Below are positions 16,298 to 24,000 of a DNA stretch of 24,000 nucleotides, piece by piece. The translations under genes were made by a program, and so were the position numbers. Under the pieces are notes generated by a model, which saw only the letters and a list, made by a program, of their open reading frames with translations, searched no databases and was not told the DNA's origin. Source of the DNA: Pyrinomonadaceae bacterium (lineage in GTDB: Bacteria > Acidobacteriota > Blastocatellia > Pyrinomonadales > Pyrinomonadaceae); contig DASVQF010000028.1 of NCBI GenBank assembly GCA_036389315.1, positions 7,429 through 31,428 of the forward strand, in the 5' to 3' direction. The stretch's first letter is position 1, and each line of letters opens with the position of its first letter.

Positions 16298-16486
16298 ATG
16301 AGCAAGGATTTCAAATGCGAAGCCTGCCGCAAGACAGCCGAGCGGCTGCACATGCGCGACGCAGACGGCAAGTGGGTCTGCGCCGGGTGTATTCCTGCGC
16401 GCGAGCTGGATGCCTGTCCGGGCTTGCGCGAGCGCCTCGGACTGCGAACCCGAACCGCTTCCGCTCCGAGACGCAAGGCGGCCTGA
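16298..16486 (+). CDS. Tiny zinc-ribbon protein (62 aa)
   Basis: 'FKCEACRKTAERLHMRDADGKWVCAGC' two CxxC knuckles; short gap from the SWIM gene on the same strand. Confidence 0.55.
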   Translation: MSKDFKCEACRKTAERLHMRDADGKWVCAGCIPARELDACPGLRERLGLRTRTASAPRRKAA

Positions 16487-16532
16487 AGACGGACGACCGA
16501 GGCTTTCAAACTAAGAGAGGTGCTCGCGGAAG

Positions 16533-17555
16533 ATGCGTTACGTAGAGAACCCTCCCAACCCCTGGCTGAGCACGAATGTTGAGTGGATAGGCGAGCCGCC
16601 CGAAGCCCGCCTCGAAGTCTTTGAAGAGACGGCGACGCGCTCGATCATCACGCGCAACCAGAGTCCGGACGTAGGCTTCGAGTTTTCGGTCAACTGCTAT
16701 CGCGGCTGCCCGCACGCCTGTAGCTACTGCTTCTCGCGCCCGACGCACGAGTACCTGGGCTTCGGCGCGGGGACTGATTTCGAGCGCAAGATCGTCGCCA
16801 AAGTGAGAGCGCCGGAGCTGCTCAGAGCGGAACTGATGCGCCCCTCTTGGCGTGGCGACGAGCTGGTCTTCTCCTTCACCTCCGATCCTTATCTTCCGCT
16901 CGAAGCCCATTACAGGCTGACGCGCAGGTGTCTTGAGGTCTGCCTGGAATTTCGCCAACCTGTAGGCATCGTGACCAAATCGGCGCTCGTTCGCCGCGAC
17001 GTGGAGCTGCTCGCGGAGTTGGCCCGGGAGGCCGCTTGCGCGGTCTTCTTCACTATTCCTTTCAAGGACGAGGAGACGGCGCGCGCTTTAGAGCCCTATG
17101 CGCCCGCGCCCGAGCTGCGCTTTCGCGCGATGGAAGAGTTGTCGCGCGCTGGCATCAAGACCGGAATCGGAATCGCTCCGCTCGCGCCCGCGATGAACGA
17201 TTCCGACATCCCCTCTCTTCTCAAGCGGGCGCGCGAGGCCGGGGCAACGGTGGCCTGGATGACTATGCTGCGCCTGCCTGGAAGCGTCGCGCCATATTTC
17301 GAGCAGCGGCTCAGAGAGCGCCTCCCGCTTCGGGCCGAACGTATCCTCAAACACATCAGGGAAGAGCGCGGAGGGCGACTCAACTCAAGCCAGTTCGGCG
17401 CGCGCATGAAGGGAACGAGCGAGCAATGGAAGATGACGGAACAGCTCTTCAAGCTGCATTGCCGCCGTCTAGGCTTCAACAGTCAGAGATATTTGGAAGA
17501 GGATAAGCCGAACACTTTTCGCCGCCCGACCCGTCAGGGTGCGCTCTTCGATTGA
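16533..17555 (+). CDS. Radical SAM protein, SPL/PA0069-like family
   Basis: Radical SAM cluster motif '[22 protein letters not shown]' plus '[24 protein letters not shown]' and '[13 protein letters not shown]'. Confidence 0.88.
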   Translation: MRYVENPPNPWLSTNVEWIGEPPEARLEVFEETATRSIITRNQSPDVGFEFSVNCYRGCPHACSYCFSRPTHEYLGFGAGTDFERKIVAKVRAPELLRAELMRPSWRGDELVFSFTSDPYLPLEAHYRLTRRCLEVCLEFRQPVGIVTKSALVRRDVELLAELAREAACAVFFTIPFKDEETARALEPYAPAPELRFRAMEELSRAGIKTGIGIAPLAPAMNDSDIPSLLKRAREAGATVAWMTMLRLPGSVAPYFEQRLRERLPLRAERILKHIREERGGRLNSSQFGARMKGTSEQWKMTEQLFKLHCRRLGFNSQRYLEEDKPNTFRRPTRQGALFD

Positions 17556-17606
17556 CAGAAGCGGAAAACCTCACAGCCTCAATCCTGGGCTTTCATCTAT
17601 CCGCAA

Positions 17607-19988
17607 TCACTGCTGGCGGCCGAGGCGCAGTCTCAGGCCGAAGCGCAGCAGCACGGGTGGGCCCAGCGTGGTGACGGGCGTGCGGCCTATCTCATACCTT
17701 TGATTGAAGAGGTTCTCTGCCGCCGCGAATAGCTCAAGGCCGCGCGCCAAGCGACGCGAGGCCAGTGCGTCCAGAGTGAAGTAGCGGCCGAGCCGAAAGC
17801 GATTCTGATCGTCGTCGTACTGTGCGCCGGCGAAGCGCGCCTGCAATCCGGCTACCAGGAGCGAGGGGTTAGAGTAACGCGCCTGGAAGCTCAACTGGTG
17901 GCGGGCGACCTGCGGGATGAGCAATCCTTCAAGCTCCGGGTTAGCGGGAAAGCGGCGCACGGTCGCATCCGAAAAAAGATAGCCGCCCGTCAAGCTCCAA
18001 TGTTGGCCCAAGCGCGCTTCCGCCTCTAATTCCAGACCGCGCGAGCGTGTGCGGCCCAGGTTCTCGCGCCGTCGAGTGATGAGGGCGGGCGTGGCGCTCA
18101 AGGTCACGTTGGCTATGGGCCGGGTCGTCTCTGTCCAGAAGAAAGTAGAGCGCGCGCTCATCCTTCGCTGCGGCGAAGAGAAGCCAGCGCCCGCTTCCGC
18201 GCCGGTCAAACGTTCTGCGCGCAAGTTCTCGTTGGCCAGCGTCACGGCGTCTCCGACGCGAAAACTTCTATACAGCTCGTTGAGGGTCGGCTGGCGAAAG
18301 GCGCGATAAGCAGAGACGTTGAGCGAGACGCTCTCCGTGGGTTTGTAGAGCACGGAGAGCTGCGGGCTGAAAGCCCGTTCCGTTCGATCAGCGAATTGAT
18401 TGACCGTGCCGACGCCGCCCCGCAAGGCTGCGGTCGCCTGGAACGCGGAGTAATTACGCCAGCGATCAAAGCGCACGCCGCCCGTGACGAAGAGGCGCTC
18501 GGTGAGGCGCACTATGTCTTCGGCGAAGAGGCCGAAGGTGCGCTCTCGCCCGCCCGCAGCCACAAGCGACTGCGGCCTGTTCTGTGCGAAGACCAGCTCG
18601 TCGCTCGCGCCGCGCACCTCGCGCGCATCGAGCCCGGCCACAATCGTCTGCCTCCGGCCGAGGGCGCGCGACCACTGCGTCGAAAGACCCGTGGCCTGAA
18701 CGGGCACGCGCTGGACGCGCGTCAAAGTCTCGCTCGTTCTATCGGCGCTCACGGCGGAAAAGTTCTGATCGAAGAGCTGTGTGCCGGTGTAGACGCGCAG
18801 GGTGATGGCTCCAGCCCTGCGGTTGGGCCAATCCGCTCCCGCGCTCAACTGGCGTATGTGCGTGCGGTTGGTTTGCATGGGCGTCCCGTTCGTGCGCGAT
18901 TCGACGAAGTAGGCTGCGCGGAGAAAGATGCGCCCTTGCTGGCGGAGACGCCGCTCAAGCGAGAGGTCTAGGGCAGTGCGCAGCGAGCCGGCCAACGTAT
19001 CTATGGGCCCACGCTCGTCATCTTTGACAAGCACGTAGCCGTCCGTGCGAAAGCTCTCGGCCGCAAGAGTAGCCCCCCAGCGCCCCCGCCGCCCTCCGGC
19101 GAAGAGCGAAAGATCGGCCGTTCGCTCGTTGCCGTATGAGGCTTCGAGCGAAAGCACGGGCTCGTCGGCCGGGCGGCGCGTCAGGATATGGACGACGCCG
19201 CCCAGCGCCGTGCTGCCGTAGAGATTGGAAGAGCCGCCGCGCAAGACTTCGACGCTCGCCACAGATTCGCGCGGGACGCGCCCCCAGTAGACCCAGCCGC
19301 CAAAAGGGTCATTCAGCGGCAGGCCGTCCTCCAGAACCAGGGCCCGGCTCGCCCCGCTCGCGCCGACGCCCCTCAGCGAGACTCCCTGCGAAGTAGGGTT
19401 GGCCGTGCGGCTGCCCGAACGGCGAAACAGTTGAAAGCCCGGCACCTGTCTTAAAGCGTCGTCAATTGTTGCGGCGGCAGTCGCCGCAAGCTCCGTCGCG
19501 GAGAGTAGGACGACGCTGGCCGCAGTATCAGCGAGCCGCGTCTCTGTGCGCGTCGCCGTGACGGCCACGACCTCTAGGACGGGCGCTGGCATGAGAGTGA
19601 TGCTGATGAAAGAAGCGCGATTCTCAGAAGAGTTCCAGGGCTTCTCCGCGACGGCGAACCCGCGCGCCGTTACTCTGAGCTTGAGCGGCTTCCTGGGCAG
19701 CGCCTCGAAAACAAACCGGCCATCGCCGCCGGTCGTCAGCTCTGCTAAGACAGATGACTCGGCGCGCACTGTGACGCGCGCACCTTTGACGGGCGCTCCC
19801 GCCTGATCGAAGACCTCGCCCTCTATGCGCAGGGTTTGGGCCAATGGCAGTGCGTGTGCGCTTGGAAGCGATGCGCCGAGTGCGTGAATGATGACGAGCA
19901 AGCAGGCACAGGCGAATGCTGTGCGTGCGCCGAGCGTCTCTGCGCGCGCCGCTCTGATGGCCCCTTGATCTACGGCACGAAGCTTCAT
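17607..19988 (-). CDS. TonB-dependent outer-membrane receptor with N-terminal carboxypeptidase-regulatory-like domain
   Basis: Signal peptide; 'IEGEVFDQAGAPVKGARVTV...' CarboxypepD_reg-like; plug domain 'TAAATIDDALRQVPGFQLFRRSGS...GVSLRGVGASGASRALVLEDGLPLNDPFGG'; C-terminal barrel ending 'LFAAAENLFNQRYEI...PVLLRFGLRLRLG'. Confidence 0.93.
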   Translation of the reverse strand: MKLRAVDQGAIRAARAETLGARTAFACACLLVIIHALGASLPSAHALPLAQTLRIEGEVFDQAGAPVKGARVTVRAESSVLAELTTGGDGRFVFEALPRKPLKLRVTARGFAVAEKPWNSSENRASFISITLMPAPVLEVVAVTATRTETRLADTAASVVLLSATELAATAAATIDDALRQVPGFQLFRRSGSRTANPTSQGVSLRGVGASGASRALVLEDGLPLNDPFGGWVYWGRVPRESVASVEVLRGGSSNLYGSTALGGVVHILTRRPADEPVLSLEASYGNERTADLSLFAGGRRGRWGATLAAESFRTDGYVLVKDDERGPIDTLAGSLRTALDLSLERRLRQQGRIFLRAAYFVESRTNGTPMQTNRTHIRQLSAGADWPNRRAGAITLRVYTGTQLFDQNFSAVSADRTSETLTRVQRVPVQATGLSTQWSRALGRRQTIVAGLDAREVRGASDELVFAQNRPQSLVAAGGRERTFGLFAEDIVRLTERLFVTGGVRFDRWRNYSAFQATAALRGGVGTVNQFADRTERAFSPQLSVLYKPTESVSLNVSAYRAFRQPTLNELYRSFRVGDAVTLANENLRAERLTGAEAGAGFSSPQRRMSARSTFFWTETTRPIANVTLSATPALITRRRENLGRTRSRGLELEAEARLGQHWSLTGGYLFSDATVRRFPANPELEGLLIPQVARHQLSFQARYSNPSLLVAGLQARFAGAQYDDDQNRFRLGRYFTLDALASRRLARGLELFAAAENLFNQRYEIGRTPVTTLGPPVLLRFGLRLRLGRQQ

Positions 19989-20009
19989 TCTCTCGCCCGG
20001 ATTGTAACA

Positions 20010-21002
20010 CTAAGGCTTGATGACGATTCCCCACGGCCCGTCGCCTGCCTTGATCGTGGCGACGACGGTGTTCGATTGCGTATCGACAACCGAAACGTCG
20101 TTTGACAGTCCGTTGGCCGTGTAGAGCTTTCGGCCATCAGGGGTGAGGGCCAGGCCCCAGGGGCGTTGGCCCACCTGTATCAGGTTCAGGATTTTGTGGC
20201 TCGCCGCGTCTATGACGGCGACGCTATTGCCGCGACCCGTCGCGACGTAGATGCGAGAGGCATCCCTGGAGACGACGACGCCCATAGGCTTCACCTGTGT
20301 CCCCGTGCCCGCGAGCTGAATCGTTGCGCTAACGGTGTGGTCGCGCGTCTCGACGACCGAGAGCGAGCCGCCGTTTTCGGCCGTCACGTAAGCGCGCGCG
20401 CCGTCGGGTGAGAAGGCCGCGTCGCGCGGGCGCGCGCCGACCATGAAAGTCTTCATGACCCGGTTGGTCTCCGTGTCTATGACGGAGACGGTGCTGCTGC
20501 TCTCCGAAGTGACGTAGACCCAGCGCCCGTCCGGGCTCAAGGCGACGCCTTCGGGCTCAAGGCCGACGACCTGCGTGGCTATCACGCGGTTGGATTTGAG
20601 GTCAGTGACGGAAGCCGTCCCGGCATCCTCGTTGGCGATGTAGAAGCGCGTGCCGTCGAGACTGACGGCGAACTGTTCGGGGTCTGTGCCCGCGTCGTAC
20701 TTGGCGACGACCTTGTTGTTGGAAGTATCTATCGCAGCGATCTTGTCTTCGCCCTCTCGCCGGTTGGAAGGATAGCTGAGCGCCACATAGACCAGGCGAT
20801 TGTCCGGGCTCAGGCGAATGCCGCGCGGGCGTGCGCCTGTGCGAATCGTTTCGACCACTGTCTCCGTGCCGGTATCTATAACCGTGATCGTCCCGTCGCG
20901 CTCGTTCGTCACGTAGGCGAGCGGCCCCCGCCTCTTCGGAGCACAAGCGCAGAGAAGCAGCAGGCAGAAGGTGAAGGCCAAAAGATGGAGGCGAGTTTTC
21001 AC
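20010..21002 (-). CDS. YVTN-family beta-propeller lipoprotein
   Basis: Repeated 'RPRGIRLSPDNRLVYVAL', 'PEGVALSPDGRWVYVTSE', 'GNSVAVIDAASHKILNLIQVGQRPWGLALTPDGRKLY'; lipobox-like 'LLLLCAC'. GTG start overlapping the cytochrome c stop (GTGA). Confidence 0.92.
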   Translation of the reverse strand: MKTRLHLLAFTFCLLLLCACAPKRRGPLAYVTNERDGTITVIDTGTETVVETIRTGARPRGIRLSPDNRLVYVALSYPSNRREGEDKIAAIDTSNNKVVAKYDAGTDPEQFAVSLDGTRFYIANEDAGTASVTDLKSNRVIATQVVGLEPEGVALSPDGRWVYVTSESSSTVSVIDTETNRVMKTFMVGARPRDAAFSPDGARAYVTAENGGSLSVVETRDHTVSATIQLAGTGTQVKPMGVVVSRDASRIYVATGRGNSVAVIDAASHKILNLIQVGQRPWGLALTPDGRKLYTANGLSNDVSVVDTQSNTVVATIKAGDGPWGIVIKP

Positions 21003-21400
21003 TTCAGCGTATAAAGATAGCTGGCGATGTCGCGCGCGTCCGCGTCCGTGACGCCGAGGTTCGGCATGGCTGTCTTCTCATCCACGCTCTGCGGATTCTG
21101 TATCCAGCGAATCATGTTCTCGGGGCTGTTCTGCAAACGGCCGGCCAGGTAGACGCGGCTCGCCACTTGGGCGAGCGGTGGGCCCACCAGGCCGTTCGCG
21201 CCGCTGACGCCGGGGACTGTGTGGCAGGCCGAACAACCGTAGCGACTGATGGCCGCCCGCCCCTTTGAAGGCGTGCCGCCCGTCATCTCCGCAGCGGCCC
21301 GCTCGGCGTCTCCCGTGCAGGAAGAGAGAGCGCAGGCGAAGAGCAGGCACACGCTCGCAAGCCCCGGCGCGCGCCATGCCCTTCTCAAGCGTCGCTTCAT
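20999..21400 (-). CDS. Monoheme class I cytochrome c lipoprotein
   Basis: Single 'CSACH' heme motif, downstream Met ligand candidate in 'KTAMPNLGVTDADARDIASYLYTLK', lipobox-like 'CALSSC'. Confidence 0.9.
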   Translation of the reverse strand: MKRRLRRAWRAPGLASVCLLFACALSSCTGDAERAAAEMTGGTPSKGRAAISRYGCSACHTVPGVSGANGLVGPPLAQVASRVYLAGRLQNSPENMIRWIQNPQSVDEKTAMPNLGVTDADARDIASYLYTLK

Positions 21401-21415
21401 ACGCTCGCCTCCCTT

Positions 21416-22348
21416 CTATCGCTCCCCGAGTTTTTCAACCCTCGCCACTCGCCGCTCCGATTCACGCATCCACCCGACCATCAAGGCCAGCCCCGCGATG
21501 ACGTAGACAGTAGCCGCCGGAACCCACATGATGAGTCCGCCCAGTTGTTGATCTTCGAGCGGCGTCAGCCCCCAGCTCGCGGTCGTCCCCGCATAGGCCG
21601 GATACCAGACGGAGCGGGCGAAAGTTATCAGCGCGCCGAGCACGCCGCTATGCACAGAGGTCGTGAACATGTAGAGCACGGCCGCGCCGTAACCCATCAA
21701 GCCCTGACGGCCGTGTACCAGCGCCCACCAGAACAGCAGCGCCGAGCCCAGGAAGCTCAGGTGTTGCAGTGTGTGTACAAGGTCGCTCTTGAGCGTCGCC
21801 TGAAACAGCGCAGGGATGTGCCAGGCCCACAGCGCCCCGGCATGAATGGCCCACGCCGCGAGCGGGTTCGTCATCGCGCGCCAAAGCGTTTGCACCCCGC
21901 GCCGCTTGCCGTAGGCCCCGACCGGGTGTCGCCACCCGACGGGCAGGGCCCACAGAAAAGGGAGGAGCGGGCGCGAGAGCACAAGGAGCGGCGCGGCAAT
22001 CAGCATCAGGACTTCGTGCTGCGTCATGTGGGCCGAGAAGAGCACCTCGCCCCAGGGGTGCAAGGGCGAGACGAGCGCGACGAAAAGCGCAAACCACCCG
22101 CCCGCGAAGGCCCAAGCCTCCCACTCGCGCACGCCGCGCCCGCGCCCCCCTTCTCGCCACATGCGACGCACGCCACGAACATATAACCATCCCGTGACGG
22201 CCAGGCTCGCAATCACCACCGGGTCACGCCCCCACGTGTACCACAGATCATCAAACGTGTGCGGCTTGCCTTCATGAAAAGCAAGGCGGAAGGCAGAAGG
22301 CGGAAGGCGGAATGAAAAGCATTCAAGCATGGAAAGCATTCCTTTCAT
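21416..22348 (-). CDS. ctaG: CtaG-type cytochrome c oxidase assembly factor (multi-pass membrane protein)
   Basis: 'FDDLWYTWGRDPVVIASLAVTGWLYVRGVRRM', 'LVSPLHPWGEVLFSAHMTQHEVLMLIAAPLLVLSRP', 'TSVHSGVLGALITFARSVWYPAY', 'DQQLGGLIMWVPA'. Confidence 0.85.
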   Translation of the reverse strand: MKGMLSMLECFSFRLPPSAFRLAFHEGKPHTFDDLWYTWGRDPVVIASLAVTGWLYVRGVRRMWREGGRGRGVREWEAWAFAGGWFALFVALVSPLHPWGEVLFSAHMTQHEVLMLIAAPLLVLSRPLLPFLWALPVGWRHPVGAYGKRRGVQTLWRAMTNPLAAWAIHAGALWAWHIPALFQATLKSDLVHTLQHLSFLGSALLFWWALVHGRQGLMGYGAAVLYMFTTSVHSGVLGALITFARSVWYPAYAGTTASWGLTPLEDQQLGGLIMWVPAATVYVIAGLALMVGWMRESERRVARVEKLGER

Positions 22349-22372
22349 CCTTCATCCTTGCTCTTCATCTCA
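22283..22372. repeat. Copy 3 of the 7-bp-unit imperfect palindrome
   Basis: aaaagcaaggcggaaggcagaaggcggaaggcggaatgaaaagc-attcaagcatggaaa-gcattcctttcatccttcatccttgctctt. Confidence 0.7.
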
Positions 22373-22766
22373 TGCACGGGTTGAAGATGAACTGCGGTAT
22401 CCATTGCGCGATGATGATGAGCGCGCTCAGCAGGCTAATCATCACCCCGACGGCCGCCAGCAGGCGATTGCGCATGACTCTCTCTGCGGATTCGTCGGGC
22501 CACTCTCGCCCGGCCCGCGTCCAGTTGCTCCAAGCGATCAGGCCGCCCGCTAAAGCCAGGAGCAGGAAGAACAGCGTCGTGCAGTGAAGCAGAGAGGTGC
22601 GCCCGCCCGGACAGAGCTTCTGCGTGAGCGTGTAGTTGGCTTGCAGGTTGGAGAGGAAGGCCATCGGGGCAACGAGCACGCCCGCCCAGAGCCGCAGCAG
22701 TTCTGTGTCCCGGCCGCGCTCTCGCTTCTTCTCTGTCTTGCCGCTCTCGCCCGAACCCACACCCAC
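22365..22766 (-). CDS. Small membrane protein in the cytochrome oxidase cluster
   Basis: Two to three hydrophobic segments ('TTLFFLLLALAGGLIAWS', 'NRLLAAVGVMISLLSALIIIAQW'); same-strand position between ctaG and COX III genes. GTG start. Confidence 0.7.
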   Translation of the reverse strand: MGVGSGESGKTEKKRERGRDTELLRLWAGVLVAPMAFLSNLQANYTLTQKLCPGGRTSLLHCTTLFFLLLALAGGLIAWSNWTRAGREWPDESAERVMRNRLLAAVGVMISLLSALIIIAQWIPQFIFNPCMR

Positions 22767-22775
22767 CTCCTTCCC

Positions 22776-23384
22776 TCAAAGAAAACGGGGCGCGAGAAAG
22801 ATCAACACGTAGCACGGAACCCAGATGCCGACGATGAAATACCAGTAGAGCGCGTTGTCGGTCGCGTCCACCAAGTACTTCGGCTCCGTATGGCCCATGA
22901 AGAGGAGCACCGTGATGACGATTGTCTCTACAACTTCCGATACCAGATGAAACGTGTGTATGACGATGATCGTCCAGAGAATTGAGCCGTAGGCGTTCGT
23001 GTCCCAGTAAACGTTCAGCGCCTTGAACTCGAAGAACCTGAGCGTCACGAAAGCCATGCCGAACAGGTCGCATACGACGTGCCAGAAGCGCACCGAAGAC
23101 ACGTCCAATCTTCTGGCCGCGCGGCTTAAAAGGTACATCGGCGCGATGCTCAGGAGCAGGACGAAGAGGTTGACAGTCGGGATGCCAACGTCGGGCATCA
23201 TGGTCGGCGGCGGAGGCCACTGGTAGGCGCGGTCGCGCAAGTAGAAATAGGTGACGAAGCAGAGCGCGAGCATCGTCCCCTCGATGGCCAGGAAGCCCCA
23301 CACGGCCCACCACGTCACGGCGCGGCTGCCGAAGGCGAAATGCGGCAGGCCCGACACGTCCAGGTCTCTTCTTCTGCTGCTCAT
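22776..23384 (-). CDS. Cytochrome c oxidase subunit III
   Basis: 'WWAVWGFLAIEGTMLALCFVTYFYLR', 'WTIIVIHTFHLVSEVVETIVITVLLFMG', 'ALYWYFIVGIWVPCYVLIFLAPRF'. Confidence 0.9.
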   Translation of the reverse strand: MSSRRRDLDVSGLPHFAFGSRAVTWWAVWGFLAIEGTMLALCFVTYFYLRDRAYQWPPPPTMMPDVGIPTVNLFVLLLSIAPMYLLSRAARRLDVSSVRFWHVVCDLFGMAFVTLRFFEFKALNVYWDTNAYGSILWTIIVIHTFHLVSEVVETIVITVLLFMGHTEPKYLVDATDNALYWYFIVGIWVPCYVLIFLAPRFL

Positions 23385-24000
23385 TGCGTTCTGGCCGCCT
23401 CCCGTCGGCGCTCTTCTTCCGCCATCGCGTCAACTTTCGGCCGCTCGCACACCTCGTCCTGAGCCTTGGGCCACCCCCACACCAGCAGCGCCACAAAGGC
23501 CAGGAGCATTCCGCCCGGCAGGGCCCACGGCGTAAAGATCGAGCCGATGAAGGTCGCCGTCGTCGCTAAGGTCATCAGCAGTGGGCCAATGTTGGGCCCA
23601 GGCAGAGCCAGGCGATGATCCGGCTCGGCCGTCATCGTGTAGGTGATGAGCACTTCGCGGCAATCGCTACGCAGGCCCGTGACGACGGGAGCTTCGCCCC
23701 GGCGGGCCCACAGGGCTTCGCGCCCCTGCACTACGGGCAGGCGAAAGAAGTTGTAGCTCGGCGGCGGAGACGACGTGGCCCATTCGAGCGAGTCCGCGTT
23801 CCAGGGGTTGTCGCCCGCCGCCTCTCCCGCGCGCAGGCTCCACCATGCGTTGATGATAAAGACCAGGACTCCGAGCGTGAGCACCACGCCCCCCATCGTC
23901 GCCAGCAGGTTCAAGTCTCCCCAGCCGGTCTGCGGCAGATAGGTGTAGATGCGTCGCGGCATACCTTCCAGACCGAGTATGTGCATCGGGAAAAAGGTCA
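23381..24000 (-). CDS. Cytochrome c oxidase subunit I, C-terminal part (gene continues beyond the window)
   Basis: 'MHILGLEGMPRRIYTYLPQTGWGDLNLLATMGGVVLTLGVLVFIINAWWSLRAG' is the conserved C-terminal end of heme-copper oxidase subunit I, followed by an extra C-terminal region with membrane segments. Overlaps the COX III start by 4 bp (ATGA). Confidence 0.88.
   Translation of the reverse strand, partial: TFFPMHILGLEGMPRRIYTYLPQTGWGDLNLLATMGGVVLTLGVLVFIINAWWSLRAGEAAGDNPWNADSLEWATSSPPPSYNFFRLPVVQGREALWARRGEAPVVTGLRSDCREVLITYTMTAEPDHRLALPGPNIGPLLMTLATTATFIGSIFTPWALPGGMLLAFVALLVWGWPKAQDEVCERPKVDAMAEEERRREAARTQ

Noticed and set aside
22435-23496. 353-aa minus-strand ORF
   Set aside because: Overlaps COX III and the small membrane protein in another frame; Arg/Pro/Gly-rich sequence with no domain, while the overlapping frames encode clear membrane proteins.
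1-24000. CRISPR arrays, tRNA/rRNA genes, transposases or prophage structural genes
   Set aside because: Looked for regularly spaced direct repeats, rRNA signature stretches and transposase-like proteins; none were recognised by eye. A tRNAscan/CRISPR-finder run would be needed for certainty.

Overview
High-GC bacterial chromosome window with dense, operon-like gene packing and no rRNA, tRNA, CRISPR array or transposase that I could find. Plus-strand genes: a large RyR/TRAFs-binding/SLOG-like/class III cyclase fusion, a PilZ-like protein, IF-1, a CarD-like protein with a zinc ribbon, a small hypothetical, a secreted M15/M74-like peptidase, a SWIM zinc-finger protein, a tiny zinc-ribbon protein and an SPL-like radical SAM protein. 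Minus-strand genes: HtrA/DegP protease, BON protein, MarR regulator, an Ala-rich membrane-associated protein, a DNA-processing block (CoiA-like nuclease, HNH nuclease, DEDDh exonuclease, Bax1/DUF790 nuclease, XPB-type helicase, zinc-ribbon protein, SSB, DUF434-type protein), and a respiratory/uptake block (TonB-dependent receptor, YVTN propeller lipoprotein, cytochrome c, small membrane protein, CtaG, COX III, 3' part of COX I). The best candidate for a poorly described system is the tightly packed, partly overlapping XPB-Bax1-DEDDh-HNH-CoiA operon (8967-13379). The second is the multidomain cyclase at 66-2348, which keeps both metal aspartates but has unusual substrate and transition-state residues. 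A dispersed family of imperfect palindromes built on a 7-bp unit (TTCCGCC/TTCATCC) occurs three times, and in two cases contributes coding sequence at a gene end. Family names come from motif recognition by eye, with no database search.
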